This document shows positions 33,872-43,453 of a stretch of DNA of 64,000 bases, in pieces. The stretch's first letter is position 1. Every line of letters begins with the position of its first letter. Location: contig CAWCKH010000004.1 in assembly GCA_963796055.1 (NCBI GenBank), forward strand, positions 2,272,001 through 2,336,000, read 5' to 3'. The position numbers and the translations under genes were made by a program. The notes beneath the pieces are model-generated. The model was not told the origin of the DNA. It did no database searches and saw only the letters and a program-made list of their open reading frames with translations. The stretch is from an uncultured delta proteobacterium. Lineage in GTDB: Bacteria; Myxococcota; Myxococcia; Myxococcales; Myxococcaceae.

Positions 33872-35677
33872 ATGGCGGAACGGAAGTCACGGCGGCGGTT
33901 CCTGGCCGAGGGCGCGCTGGCGCTGGCAGGCGTGGCCGCGGGGACGCCTGGCAGCGCGAGCGCCGTGCCCGATGCCGGGACGAAACCGGGCACGGGCAGC
34001 ATCTTCTCCGGGACGCCCGGGGAGGCCGCGGGCCCGTCGGGGCCGGCCATCACCGCCGAGACCTTCGCCCACGCCGAGAAGCTGATGCGGGTGAGCATGA
34101 CGCCCGAGCAGCGCGCGCTGGCCGCCGACTCGTGGAACCTCAACCTCGGCCCGTTCTTCGCCCGGCGCGACTTCCCGCTGGGCGACGAGTCCCCGGGCAT
34201 GGTGTGGAACCCGGCGCTACACGGCACCGGACGGATGCCGAAGAAGAGCCGGGTGGTGCGCTCCGGATGGACGCCCCGGAAACCGGCCGGGGACGAGGAG
34301 CTGGCGTTCGCCCCGGTGCACGTGCTCAGCCGCTGGGTGCAGGGCCGCCAGGTCACCTCGGTGCGGCTGACCGAGCTGGCGCTGGCGCGGCTGGAGCGCT
34401 ACCAGCCCCAGCTCAACTGCACCATCACTCTTGTCCGCGAGCCGGCGCTGGCCGAGGCCGAGGCGGCGGACCGGGAAATTGCCCGGGGAAGGTACCGCGG
34501 CCCGCTGCACGGCATCCCCTACGGGGCCAAGGATCTGCTGGACACCGCCGGCATCCGCACCACCTGGGGCGCGGAGCCCTTCCGCGATCGGGTACCGAAG
34601 GAGGACGCCACGGTCATCGCCCGGCTGCGTGCCGCGGGCGCCGTCCTGGTGGCCAAGCTGTCGCTGGGCGCCCTGGCGCTGAACGACGTCTGGTTCGGAG
34701 GGCGGACCAGCAACCCCTGGTTCCTCGAGGAGGGCTCGGGCGGCTCGAGCGCCGGCTCCGCGGCGGCGGTCTCGGCGGGACTGGTCCCGTTCGCCATCGG
34801 AAGCGAGACGTTCGGGAGCATCGTCGACCCCTGCATGCGATGTGGGACGACGGGGCTCCGGCCGACCTTCGGGCGGGTGCCGCGGGCCGGAGCGATGACG
34901 CTCTCCTGGAGTCACGACAAGCTGGGGCCCATCACCCGCTCGGCGGAGGACGCGGCGCTGGTGCTCGCCGCCATCTCCGGACCCGACCCGGCGGACCTCT
35001 CGTCCTTGCCGAGCAGGTTCGCCTTCGACGCCACCCGGTCGGTGAAGGGGCTGAAGCTCGGGGTGGTGCCCGCCTGGATGGGCGGACCGGCGGCGAGCGA
35101 CGTCGAGCCCCAGGCGGTGAAGGCGCTGGAGCAGCTGGGGATGAAGCGGATGGACCTCTCCTTCCCCGACCTGCCCTGGGCGGCGTTGCAGTCGCTGGTG
35201 CTCGCCGACTCGGCCGCGTCCTTCGAGCGGCTGACGCTCTCGGGCGACGACGCTCAGCTGCGGATGCAGGTGCGCGACGCCTGGCCGAATCTGTTCCGGC
35301 AGTCGCGCTTCATCTCCGCGGTGGACTACGTGCAGGCGGACCGGCTGCGCCGGCACGTGGCGAAGGTGTGGGCCGAGCAGATGGCGAGGGTGGACGTGCT
35401 CCTCACCCCCTCGCTCCGCGACGAGCCGCTGGCCACCAACTCCACCGGCCACCCCTGCCTGGTGGTGCCGGCCGGCTGGGTGATGGTCGACCGGATCCGC
35501 AGCGACTGGCTCCCTCCGCCCGGCCAGCAGCACCCCGCGGTCTCGCCGCCCCGCAAGATGCCCTCCGGGGTGTCGCTCATCGGGCACCTCTGGGACGAGG
35601 GCACGCTCTGCTCGGTGGGGATGGCGCTCGAGGGGGCGATGAAGATGACCGAGGCCCATCCGCCGGGGTTCGCATGA
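33872..35677 (+). CDS. Amidase signature family protein with Tat signal
   Basis: SRRRFL Tat motif; GPLHGIPYGAKD, GGSSAGS, IGSETFGSI. Confidence 0.9.
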   Translation: MAERKSRRRFLAEGALALAGVAAGTPGSASAVPDAGTKPGTGSIFSGTPGEAAGPSGPAITAETFAHAEKLMRVSMTPEQRALAADSWNLNLGPFFARRDFPLGDESPGMVWNPALHGTGRMPKKSRVVRSGWTPRKPAGDEELAFAPVHVLSRWVQGRQVTSVRLTELALARLERYQPQLNCTITLVREPALAEAEAADREIARGRYRGPLHGIPYGAKDLLDTAGIRTTWGAEPFRDRVPKEDATVIARLRAAGAVLVAKLSLGALALNDVWFGGRTSNPWFLEEGSGGSSAGSAAAVSAGLVPFAIGSETFGSIVDPCMRCGTTGLRPTFGRVPRAGAMTLSWSHDKLGPITRSAEDAALVLAAISGPDPADLSSLPSRFAFDATRSVKGLKLGVVPAWMGGPAASDVEPQAVKALEQLGMKRMDLSFPDLPWAALQSLVLADSAASFERLTLSGDDAQLRMQVRDAWPNLFRQSRFISAVDYVQADRLRRHVAKVWAEQMARVDVLLTPSLRDEPLATNSTGHPCLVVPAGWVMVDRIRSDWLPPPGQQHPAVSPPRKMPSGVSLIGHLWDEGTLCSVGMALEGAMKMTEAHPPGFA

Positions 35678-35810
35678 CCGTTCCGCAACGGCGCACGGAA
35701 CGGCTGCTGCTCCCCGGCGGACGACTTCGACCACCCCAGGATTCCGGCCGGGGACCCGCTCCGGCGACATGTGCTGTACCGGATCCGCCGCCCTGAGCAG
35801 TGGGGCCACC

Positions 35811-36914
35811 TCAGCCGACGGTCCGTGCCAGCAACCACTCGAACGAACGCGGACGCCGGGCGAGCGTCGCCACCACGCCTCGCCGTAACCCCGGCCTCCG
35901 TGCCAGGCCGAGCACCGCCCGGGCAGTCCAGGCGTACGTCCGGAACGCGCGGCGCGCCGTCGCCTCGTAGGCCCGGAACGCGTGAACGTCCCCGCCGCGC
36001 TGCACCACGTCCGGGAGGCAGGCCGCGAGCGACTCGGCGCACACCAGCGCCACCGACATCCCCTCGCCGGTGATGGCGTCGACGTAGCCGCCCGCGTCGC
36101 CCAGGAGCGCGAACCGCTCCGCCACCCGTCGGCGCGCGCGCTGCAGGAACGGGCCGGCCCCCCGAGGCCCGGAGTCCGGTTCGGCGCCCGATAGCCGGCG
36201 GGCCAGGAAGGGAAAGCGCTGGAGCAGCGAGGCGATGGACGCAGCCGTCTGCAGCCGTCCGTCGGACCAGAGGAAGACCACCCCCACCCGCGCTGGCCCG
36301 CACGGCGTCACGTAGGCCTCGGCCTCGGCCGACAGGTGAACCTCCACCCGGTCGGTCCACGGAGAAACGACGAAGTGCTGCCTCAGCCCGAACCGCCGCG
36401 GGCCGCGCACCGGCGCCTCCAGCCCCTCGGCCCGGCGGAGCGGCGAGTGCAGCCCGTCCGCGGCGACCAGGACCTGCGCCGCCAGCGCACCCGCATCGGT
36501 GTCGAGCACCATCGCCTCCGCCGTTCGCCGGTGCGAGCGGAGAGCCGTCCGCGCGCGGACGTCGGCCCCGGCGTCGCGGGCGGCCTCGAGGAGCGCAGCG
36601 GAAAGGGCGGTCCTCCGGATCCCGAGACCGCCCGTGCCGGGCAGTGCTCCCTCGAGCACGCTCCCGTCCTCCTGGACGTAGCGCACGCCGCGGATCGGCC
36701 CCGAGTCACCGGGAGCAATCCGGTCCAGCACGCCGAGCCGGGCGAGCACCGCCAGACCGGCCGGCATCACCCCCTCGCCACAGGCCTTGTCGTGGGGGAG
36801 AGCCGCCCGCTCCAGCAGGATCACCGACAGTCCCCGCCGGGCAGCCATCGCCGCCAGCGCGAGACCCGCCGGGCCACCGCCCACGACCGCGACGTCGACC
36901 GGGGACTCGCTCAC
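35811..36914 (-). CDS. FAD-dependent oxidoreductase (geranylgeranyl reductase / monooxygenase-like)
   Basis: DVAVVGGGPAG, KACGEG, VAADGLHS, LLGDAGGYVDAITGEG; GTG start overlaps the FAAL stop. Confidence 0.88.
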   Translation of the reverse strand: MSESPVDVAVVGGGPAGLALAAMAARRGLSVILLERAALPHDKACGEGVMPAGLAVLARLGVLDRIAPGDSGPIRGVRYVQEDGSVLEGALPGTGGLGIRRTALSAALLEAARDAGADVRARTALRSHRRTAEAMVLDTDAGALAAQVLVAADGLHSPLRRAEGLEAPVRGPRRFGLRQHFVVSPWTDRVEVHLSAEAEAYVTPCGPARVGVVFLWSDGRLQTAASIASLLQRFPFLARRLSGAEPDSGPRGAGPFLQRARRRVAERFALLGDAGGYVDAITGEGMSVALVCAESLAACLPDVVQRGGDVHAFRAYEATARRAFRTYAWTARAVLGLARRPGLRRGVVATLARRPRSFEWLLARTVG

Positions 36915-38701
36915 GTCTCGGGCTCCGGATGCGTCCGGGGCCGGGCCCGGGCCAGCGCCAGAGCCGACCTCAGCATCTCCGCGACGAGCCGGACCGCGTT
37001 CACCCGGGCGGGCGGATGCAGCGCGCCGCTGCACCACCTCGTCAGTGCCTCGGAGCGGCGCAGCTTCCCGCTCGATGTCCGGGGGATGGTCCCGGGCGCC
37101 AGCAGCTGGATGGTGTGGGGCCGGATGCCGGTGCGCTCGGCCACCACGGCGCGGATGCGATCCACCAGATCCGGCCCTGCATCGGGCGTCGTCTCCACCA
37201 GCAGCAGCAGCTCCTCGCCGTCTCCGCCCGGCGGCACGAAGCCCAGGCCCACCGCGCACCCGGTGCGCACCCCCTTCAGGCCGTCGAGCGCGTCCTCGAA
37301 CTCCTGGGGTGCGTGGTTCGCTCCGCGCAGCACCACCACGTCCTTCGCCCGGCCACAGACCACCAGCTCGGCGTCCTTCACGAAGCCCAGGTCACCGGTG
37401 TCCAGCCAGCCGGCGTCGAGCGCGGCACAGGTCGCCTCCGGCTGGCCGAGGTAGCCCTCCATGATCGACGGCCCCCGGGCGTGGATGCGCCCCACCACGC
37501 CCTCCTGCACCACCGAGCCCGCCTCGTCCCGGACCTCGACGGTCACCCCGGGCAGCGCCAGGCCCACGCTGGCCAGTACCCGCGACCCGGTGCGGACCCG
37601 CCCCTCGCGGGCGAGCTGCAGCGGATCGACCGGCACCGTCCGGAGGGGACTCCGCGGCGGAGAGAAGGTGACGGCCAAGGTCGCCTCGGCCAGGCCATAG
37701 ACCGGCATCAGCGCCGCAGGGCGGAACCCCCATCGCGCGAACCTCTCGGAGAACCGCCGCGCAGCGTCCACCGAGACCTGCTCGGCCCCGTTGAGCGCCA
37801 GCCGCCAGCGCGAGAGGTCGGCGCCCTCCATCTCCTCGTCCTTCACCCGCCGCGCGCAGACCGCGTAGGCGAAGCTGGGGGCGACCGACATGGTGCCCCC
37901 GTGTCGCGAGAGCGCGCGCAGCCAGAGCGCCGGTCGGCCGAGGAACACCTCGGGCGGAAGCAGCACCAGCGGCCCCGGGTAGGTCATCGCGCTGAGCAGA
38001 CAGCCGATGAGCCCCATGTCGTGGTACAGTGGGAGCCAGCTGACCCCGAGCTGAGGATCCTCGGGCGTGTCGTCGGGCATCAGCGCCCGGAGCGCGTCGG
38101 TCTGGGCGAGCACCGCCCGATGCGAGAGCGCCACCGGCTTCGGATCCACCGTGCTCCCGGAGGAGAACTGCACCAGCGCCAGCGCGCCCGAATCGGCCGA
38201 ACGCGCGACCGGGGCCGCCCCGGACTCCCGGAGCGCGGCGACGTTCTTCAGCCCGAACCGCGGACCGGCCCGCCGCACCGCCTCGCCGAGGAGCCGTCCG
38301 ACCCGACCGTCGGAGAGCAGCGCCACCGCGCCCGACAGGTGCAGCATCCGGCCGGTCGCGGCGTGGTACTCGGGCAGACGCCCCAGCCGCACCGGCGGAT
38401 AGAGCGGCACCGGCACCGCGCCGGCGAGCAGCGTGCCGAAGAACGCATCCATGAAGTCGTGCCCGGTGGGGAGCACCATGGCCACCCGCTCCCCCGGTCG
38501 AACTCCGAGCGCCACCAGCGCCCCTGCCACCTGCGACGCCCGTGTCCGCACCGCGTCCCATCCCAGCGAGGTCTCGCTCTCGTCCGCGGCGACGAAGGTG
38601 AGCCCCCGGCGGCCCGAGACGGCAGCGCGCTCCAGCGCCTCGTTCAGGCTCGCGTGCCGCGGCCGCGGCTGGGGAGCGCCCTGGAGACGGGCGGACCTCA
38701 T
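36911..38701 (-). CDS. Fatty acyl-AMP ligase
   Basis: QFSSGSTVDPK, SWLPLYHDMGLIG, YGLAEATL, LDTGDLG, PRTSSGKLRR. Confidence 0.92.
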   Translation of the reverse strand: MRSARLQGAPQPRPRHASLNEALERAAVSGRRGLTFVAADESETSLGWDAVRTRASQVAGALVALGVRPGERVAMVLPTGHDFMDAFFGTLLAGAVPVPLYPPVRLGRLPEYHAATGRMLHLSGAVALLSDGRVGRLLGEAVRRAGPRFGLKNVAALRESGAAPVARSADSGALALVQFSSGSTVDPKPVALSHRAVLAQTDALRALMPDDTPEDPQLGVSWLPLYHDMGLIGCLLSAMTYPGPLVLLPPEVFLGRPALWLRALSRHGGTMSVAPSFAYAVCARRVKDEEMEGADLSRWRLALNGAEQVSVDAARRFSERFARWGFRPAALMPVYGLAEATLAVTFSPPRSPLRTVPVDPLQLAREGRVRTGSRVLASVGLALPGVTVEVRDEAGSVVQEGVVGRIHARGPSIMEGYLGQPEATCAALDAGWLDTGDLGFVKDAELVVCGRAKDVVVLRGANHAPQEFEDALDGLKGVRTGCAVGLGFVPPGGDGEELLLLVETTPDAGPDLVDRIRAVVAERTGIRPHTIQLLAPGTIPRTSSGKLRRSEALTRWCSGALHPPARVNAVRLVAEMLRSALALARARPRTHPEPET

Positions 38702-38952
38702 CTGGCCGCCTCCTGGCTGCGGGCGGCCACGTGCCGGGCGAGGTCGCCCACGGTCTGCACCCCGGCCGCGTCCTCCTCGCTGAGCTTCACCCGGAACCGG
38801 TTCTCCAGACCCACCGCGAGCACCGTGAGCCCCAGGCTGTCCAGCGCCAGATCGCGGAGCAGGTCGTCCTCGGGCGCGATGGGGCGCTCCATCTCCAGCT
38901 CGGTGCGAGCGATGGTCCGGATGGTCTCCAGCACCTCCAGCTCAGTGGCCAC
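38698..38952 (-). CDS. Acyl carrier protein
   Basis: DLALDSL phosphopantetheine site, LENRF, TVGDL. Confidence 0.9.
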   Translation of the reverse strand: MATELEVLETIRTIARTELEMERPIAPEDDLLRDLALDSLGLTVLAVGLENRFRVKLSEEDAAGVQTVGDLARHVAARSQEAAR

Positions 38953-39517
38953 CGTGCCCTCCGGGGACGAAGCGGGGACGTCCGGCGAAGGCATGCTGCC
39001 AGGGCTCGCCCAGGGCCTGCTCCTCGGCACGGATCCGCACCCGGAGCAGCCAGGCGTTCCCCAGCGAGAAGGCCACCGCGGTGAGCCAGGCGCCATGGAC
39101 GGCGGGGAGCGCCACCATCTCGGCGATGACCGCCACGTAGTTGGGGTGGCGGACGAAGCGGTAGGGGCCGGCGGTCACCGGTGCGGTGTCGGGAACCACG
39201 ACGATGCGGGTGTTCCAGCGCCAGCCCAGGGTGGCGATGGCCCAGTAGCGAAGCGCCTGGGCGCCGAGCACCACCGCCAGCGCGATCCAGCCCACCGCCC
39301 CGGGGAAGGGGCGGCGCATCAGCACCACCTCCAGTGCACAGGCCACCAGGAACAGACCGTGGAACACCGCCATCGCCGGGTAGTGGCCCTGCCCGCTCTC
39401 GACGCCGCCGCGGGCACGGGCGACCCGGGCATTCCGTGCCGACAGCCCGAGCTCCACCCCCCGCTCGAGCGCCACGGCGACGAGCAGCCCGAGGTAGAGC
39501 TGGACCGAGGTCACCAT
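38942..39517 (-). CDS. Isoprenylcysteine carboxyl methyltransferase family protein (SrsB/BpsB-like)
   Basis: LGWRWNTRI, GPYRFVRHPNY, RIRAEEQAL; follows the type III PKS. Confidence 0.9.
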   Translation of the reverse strand: MVTSVQLYLGLLVAVALERGVELGLSARNARVARARGGVESGQGHYPAMAVFHGLFLVACALEVVLMRRPFPGAVGWIALAVVLGAQALRYWAIATLGWRWNTRIVVVPDTAPVTAGPYRFVRHPNYVAVIAEMVALPAVHGAWLTAVAFSLGNAWLLRVRIRAEEQALGEPWQHAFAGRPRFVPGGHGGH

Positions 39518-40584
39518 CGGAGGAGCACCAGCTCGGCGCAGAACCCCGGCCCCATCGCCATCAGCAGTCCGAAATCGCCCGGACGCGGCTCACCCGAGGC
39601 CAGCAGCTCGGAGAGGACGAACAGGACCGATGCCGAGGACAGGTTTCCCGTGCTCCGCAGCGAATCCCACGACCGACGGAGCGCCTCGGCAGGGAGCTCC
39701 AGCGCCGACTCGAAGGCCTGCAGCACCCTGGGCCCCCCGGTGTGGGCGATCCAGTGGCGGATGTCTCCACGGCGTAGGCCCTGCTCGGCGAGGAATCCGT
39801 CCACGTCACCGCGGACGTGCTCGGTGACGATGCTCGGTACCTTCGCGCTGAGGACGACCTTGAAGCCGCCCTCCACCACGTCCCAGCCCATGATCCGCTC
39901 GGTGTCCCTATAGAAGATGCTGCGGGTCGCAATCACCCGAGGCGCGGCGCCGGGTGGCGGCCGGTCCGAGCCGGAGAGCACCATCGCCGCGGCGCCGTCC
40001 CCGAAGAGGCCGCTGGCGATGACGTTGGCGATGCTCACGTCCTCGCGTTGCAGCGTGAGCGAGCACAGCTCCACCGAGAGCAGCACGGCCACTTGGCCCG
40101 GGAAGGCCTGGAGTACGTCGCTCGCCCGCGCGGTGCCCGCCGCGCCCGCCACGCACCCCAGACCGAAGATGGGCGTGCGCTTCACGTCGGAGCGGAGCCC
40201 GAGGCGGTTGACGAGCCGCGCATCCAGCGACGGTGTGCCGATCCCGGTCACGGTGACGAAGAAGAGGTGGTCGATGTCGCGCGGCTGCAACCCCGCCGCA
40301 TCGAGGGCGCGCCGGACGGCCTGCTCGCCCACCTCCAGCGACACCTGATTGAAGGCATCGTTGCGCTGGGAGAAGCGGGTCAGGGGAAGGTACTCGGCGA
40401 TGGGGAGGGCGAGGTAGCGGCCCCCCACCTGCACCGAGCGGTGCAGCTCCTCGATTCGCTCCACGTTGAAGTGCTCCCGCGCCCAGTGCTCGCGGAAGAT
40501 GCAGATCAGCGTCTCCTGGTCCACCCAGTTGGAGGGCAGCGCCGTGCCCACGCTGCGCACCCACGGTCCAGACGGAGACCTCAT
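39511..40584 (-). CDS. Type III polyketide synthase
   Basis: Catalytic triad GLGCVAG, WIAHTGG, GNLSSAS; LFGDGAAA; MGPGFCAE. Confidence 0.95.
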   Translation of the reverse strand: MRSPSGPWVRSVGTALPSNWVDQETLICIFREHWAREHFNVERIEELHRSVQVGGRYLALPIAEYLPLTRFSQRNDAFNQVSLEVGEQAVRRALDAAGLQPRDIDHLFFVTVTGIGTPSLDARLVNRLGLRSDVKRTPIFGLGCVAGAAGTARASDVLQAFPGQVAVLLSVELCSLTLQREDVSIANVIASGLFGDGAAAMVLSGSDRPPPGAAPRVIATRSIFYRDTERIMGWDVVEGGFKVVLSAKVPSIVTEHVRGDVDGFLAEQGLRRGDIRHWIAHTGGPRVLQAFESALELPAEALRRSWDSLRSTGNLSSASVLFVLSELLASGEPRPGDFGLLMAMGPGFCAELVLLRW

Positions 40585-40642
40585 CGTCGCCCGGGCCTAA
40601 TAGACCCCCGGGCATGGACGCAACACCGAGCGTGTGACGCGT

Positions 40643-41926
40643 TCAGGTCGCGACCCTGGACCCCGGCGGCCCGTGGAGCAGACGGGCGCCCACGATCAGC
40701 AACAGCCCCCCCACGGCCACGGGGATGGCGTTCAGGGCAATGGCGGTGCCGAGGCTCAGCCGGTCGCCGAGCCAGCCGATGATCGGCGGGGAGATGGCGT
40801 CTCCCAGCGCGTGGTAGCAGAGCACGCTCAATCCCACCGCGAAGCTGCGGAAGAGCGGGGGCACGGCGCTCACGATGGCGTTGTTCAGCGGTCCGTTGTT
40901 CAGGAACACCAGGAACATCGCGATGAAGGCGGCGGCGAAGATGATGGGCACCGAGGCGGCATAGGCGGTCCAGACCATGAACGGGGCCGCGAGGAGCATT
41001 CCCCATCCCGAGATCCACAGCCCGCCGGTCACCGACTTCCGCTCCGCCCGGTCTCCGACCACGCCGCCGACCAGGGTCCCCACCAGGCCGGAGACGCAGA
41101 GCAGCGCCCCGAACACGATCGCCGCCTCCTTCGGCGGGACCCCGCGCTCCCGCTCCAGGAAGGTGGGCATGAACACCGCCAGCCCGCCGATGGAGAAGGT
41201 CATCAGGGTCAGCCCGGCCACGCTCACCCAGTAGAAGGCGTTGGAGCGCAGTCCCCGCAGCCCGGCGAGGAACGGCATCTTGGTCTCGGTGGAGGCGCCG
41301 CCTTCCTCCGTCGCTCCTCGGGCCGGCTCGTGCATCCGGAGCGCGAGGAACGCCGCCAGGAGCCCCGGAAGCCCGCCGACGAAGAACGCCGCGTGCCAGG
41401 ACCAGGTGTTCCCGATCCACCCGCCCACCACGTAGCCCAGGGCCGAGCCCACGGGGATCGCCACGTAGAAGACCGAGAGGGCGCGGGTTCGCTGGTGAAA
41501 GGGATAGAAGTCGGCGATGAGCCCGGGCGAGACGGTGCCGTACCCTGCCTCGCCCACCCCCACGATGGCCCGGGTCACGAGCAGCGCCAGGTAGGTCCCG
41601 GCGAGCCCCGCCCCCAGGGTGGCGAAGCTCCAGATGAGGATGCTGACCGCCAGCACCCACCGTCGCGAATAGCGGTCACCGAAGTAGCCGCCCAGCGGGG
41701 CCACCAGCATGTAGACCACGATGAAGACCGACTGGAGCGTTCCCGCCTGGGCGTGATCGATGTGCAGGCTCTCCTCGATGCGCGGCAGCACTCCGGCCAC
41801 GAGGTAGCGGTCGAGGTAGTTGAGGAGGTTGATGAAGGTGAGGACGCCCAGCGCGTAGCCCGCGCCCGGAAGAGCGGAGCGGACACGGGGTGTTCCCGAT
41901 GCTGGCAGCGGTGCGGTCGCGGTCAC
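40643..41926 (-). CDS. Spinster-like MFS transporter
   Basis: INLLNYLDRY, GYFGDRYSRR, RAIVGVGEA, many TM segments. Confidence 0.9.
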   Translation of the reverse strand: MTATAPLPASGTPRVRSALPGAGYALGVLTFINLLNYLDRYLVAGVLPRIEESLHIDHAQAGTLQSVFIVVYMLVAPLGGYFGDRYSRRWVLAVSILIWSFATLGAGLAGTYLALLVTRAIVGVGEAGYGTVSPGLIADFYPFHQRTRALSVFYVAIPVGSALGYVVGGWIGNTWSWHAAFFVGGLPGLLAAFLALRMHEPARGATEEGGASTETKMPFLAGLRGLRSNAFYWVSVAGLTLMTFSIGGLAVFMPTFLERERGVPPKEAAIVFGALLCVSGLVGTLVGGVVGDRAERKSVTGGLWISGWGMLLAAPFMVWTAYAASVPIIFAAAFIAMFLVFLNNGPLNNAIVSAVPPLFRSFAVGLSVLCYHALGDAISPPIIGWLGDRLSLGTAIALNAIPVAVGGLLLIVGARLLHGPPGSRVAT

Positions 41927-42850
41927 CCGAGCGCCTCCCATCGATCGATCAGCACGCCCCAGCGGAGCCCCCGGTCCGACACGCCGCGCACCGGCGGCGC
42001 CGAGGTGCCGGAGCGCGGTCTCGAAGAGCAGCGCTCCCGCGGGAAGGACATCGGCCCGTCTGGGCTGCATCCCGGGCAGGGTGCGCCGGACGTCGAGCGG
42101 CACGGTGCACAATCGGTCCCGCACCGCGGCCACCTCCTCCAGCGACAGCCAGCCGCCGTGTACCCGCGCCGGGTCGTAGGGCTCGATGCCGTGCGCGATG
42201 GCGTAGAGGCTGGTGACGGTGCCGGCCACGCCCACCACCCGTACCTCGCGCGGAAAGGCAGGCAGCGCGGAGAGCGCCTCGCGCACGGCTGCCCGGACCG
42301 CCTCCTGCTCCGCCGGGCTCGGCGGGTCGGAACGCACGCAGCGCTCGGTCAACCGGACCGAGCCGATGTCCAGGCTCGTCCGGAAGAGCACCGTCGACCC
42401 GAGGCCATGGACGAGCTCGGTGGAGCCACCACCGACGTCGACGACCAGCAGCCCCGCCTCCCCGGCGCCGGCGGCGAAGTCCCGGGCCACGGCCAAGTAC
42501 GAGAGCCGGGCCTCCTCGTCCCCGGAGAGGATCTCCACGTTTCCACCGGTGCGCTCGCGCGCCAGGGCGAGGAACTCGGCGCCGTTCCGGGCGTCGCGCG
42601 CCGCGGAGGTGGCGGTCACCACCAGCGCCCGGGCCCCGGAGGCCCGGGCGATGTCCGCGTACCGCTCCAGCACCTCGAGGGTCGCCGCCATCCCCTCGGG
42701 GGAGAGCACCCCCGAACGGTCCACTCCCCGCCCCAGCCGGGTGATCTCCGCCTCCTCGCGCACCGGCCGCACCACCCCGTCGCCCGCACGCTCGGCGACG
42801 AGCAGCAGCACCGAGTTGGTGCCCACGTCCACCGCCGCCAGCCGGCTCAT
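41923..42850 (-). CDS. Ppx/GppA family phosphatase (apparent frameshift near 41985)
   Basis: AAVDVGTNS, ATSAARDARN, GDEEA, DVGGGSTE; removing one base restores VSDRGLRWGVL...stop overlapping the MFS start. Confidence 0.9.
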
Positions 42851-43410
42851 GCGAGCGACCAGGCGATGTCCGCCGAGGGCACCACCTGGATGCTCCACCG
42901 GCCGGCGGAGAAGCCGTCCAGCACCCGGTTGTGGTGGGCGACGATCTGCCGGAACGACAGCTCGCCCGAGTCGCCGGTGGTGTGGCCATCCGCGGCGAGC
43001 ACCACGTCCCGGAAGAGTGACACCGCGCGCCGGCAGGTGGTGTCGACGCAGTACTCGGTCATGCAACCGGCGACGACCAGCCGCCGGATCTGCTGGGCGT
43101 TGAGGATCTCTGCCAGCCTGGTCTCGAAGAACGCGTCGGAGCTCCGCTTGTGGACCACCGGCTCGTTGCCCCGCGGCGCCACCTCGGGCCGGAGCTCCCA
43201 GCCGGGCGTTCCACGCTCCAGCCGGTGCCCGAGGTCTCCGTCGTGCTGGACATGGATGACCGGGAAGGCGCGCCGGCGCGCCCGGTCGAGCAGCCCGGTG
43301 ATCCGCTCCACCGTCCCGTCCAGCGCCGCCTGGACGTCGGGCCCGCCCTTGCCGAGCAGGATGTTGCGTTGCACGTCGATGACGAGGAGCGCGGTGTCGG
43401 GCCCGGCCAT
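42847..43410 (-). CDS. Isochorismatase-family cysteine hydrolase
   Basis: ALLVIDVQ, KRSSDAF, GCMTEYCVDTT. Confidence 0.9.
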   Translation of the reverse strand: MAGPDTALLVIDVQRNILLGKGGPDVQAALDGTVERITGLLDRARRRAFPVIHVQHDGDLGHRLERGTPGWELRPEVAPRGNEPVVHKRSSDAFFETRLAEILNAQQIRRLVVAGCMTEYCVDTTCRRAVSLFRDVVLAADGHTTGDSGELSFRQIVAHHNRVLDGFSAGRWSIQVVPSADIAWSLA

Positions 43411-43453
43411 GCGCGGCCGACCTTACCCGACCCGGCCGGCACAGCAGAGGCCG

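Noticed and set aside
35678..35703. Hairpin CCGTTCCG...CGGAACGG after the amidase
   Set aside because: Only an 8-bp stem with a 10-nt loop and no U tract; too weak to call a terminator.
40643..43066. 807-aa Ppx-MFS fusion ORF
   Set aside because: One extra base near 41985 explains it; correction restores the Ppx C-terminus VSDRGLRWG and a TGA overlapping the MFS GTG.
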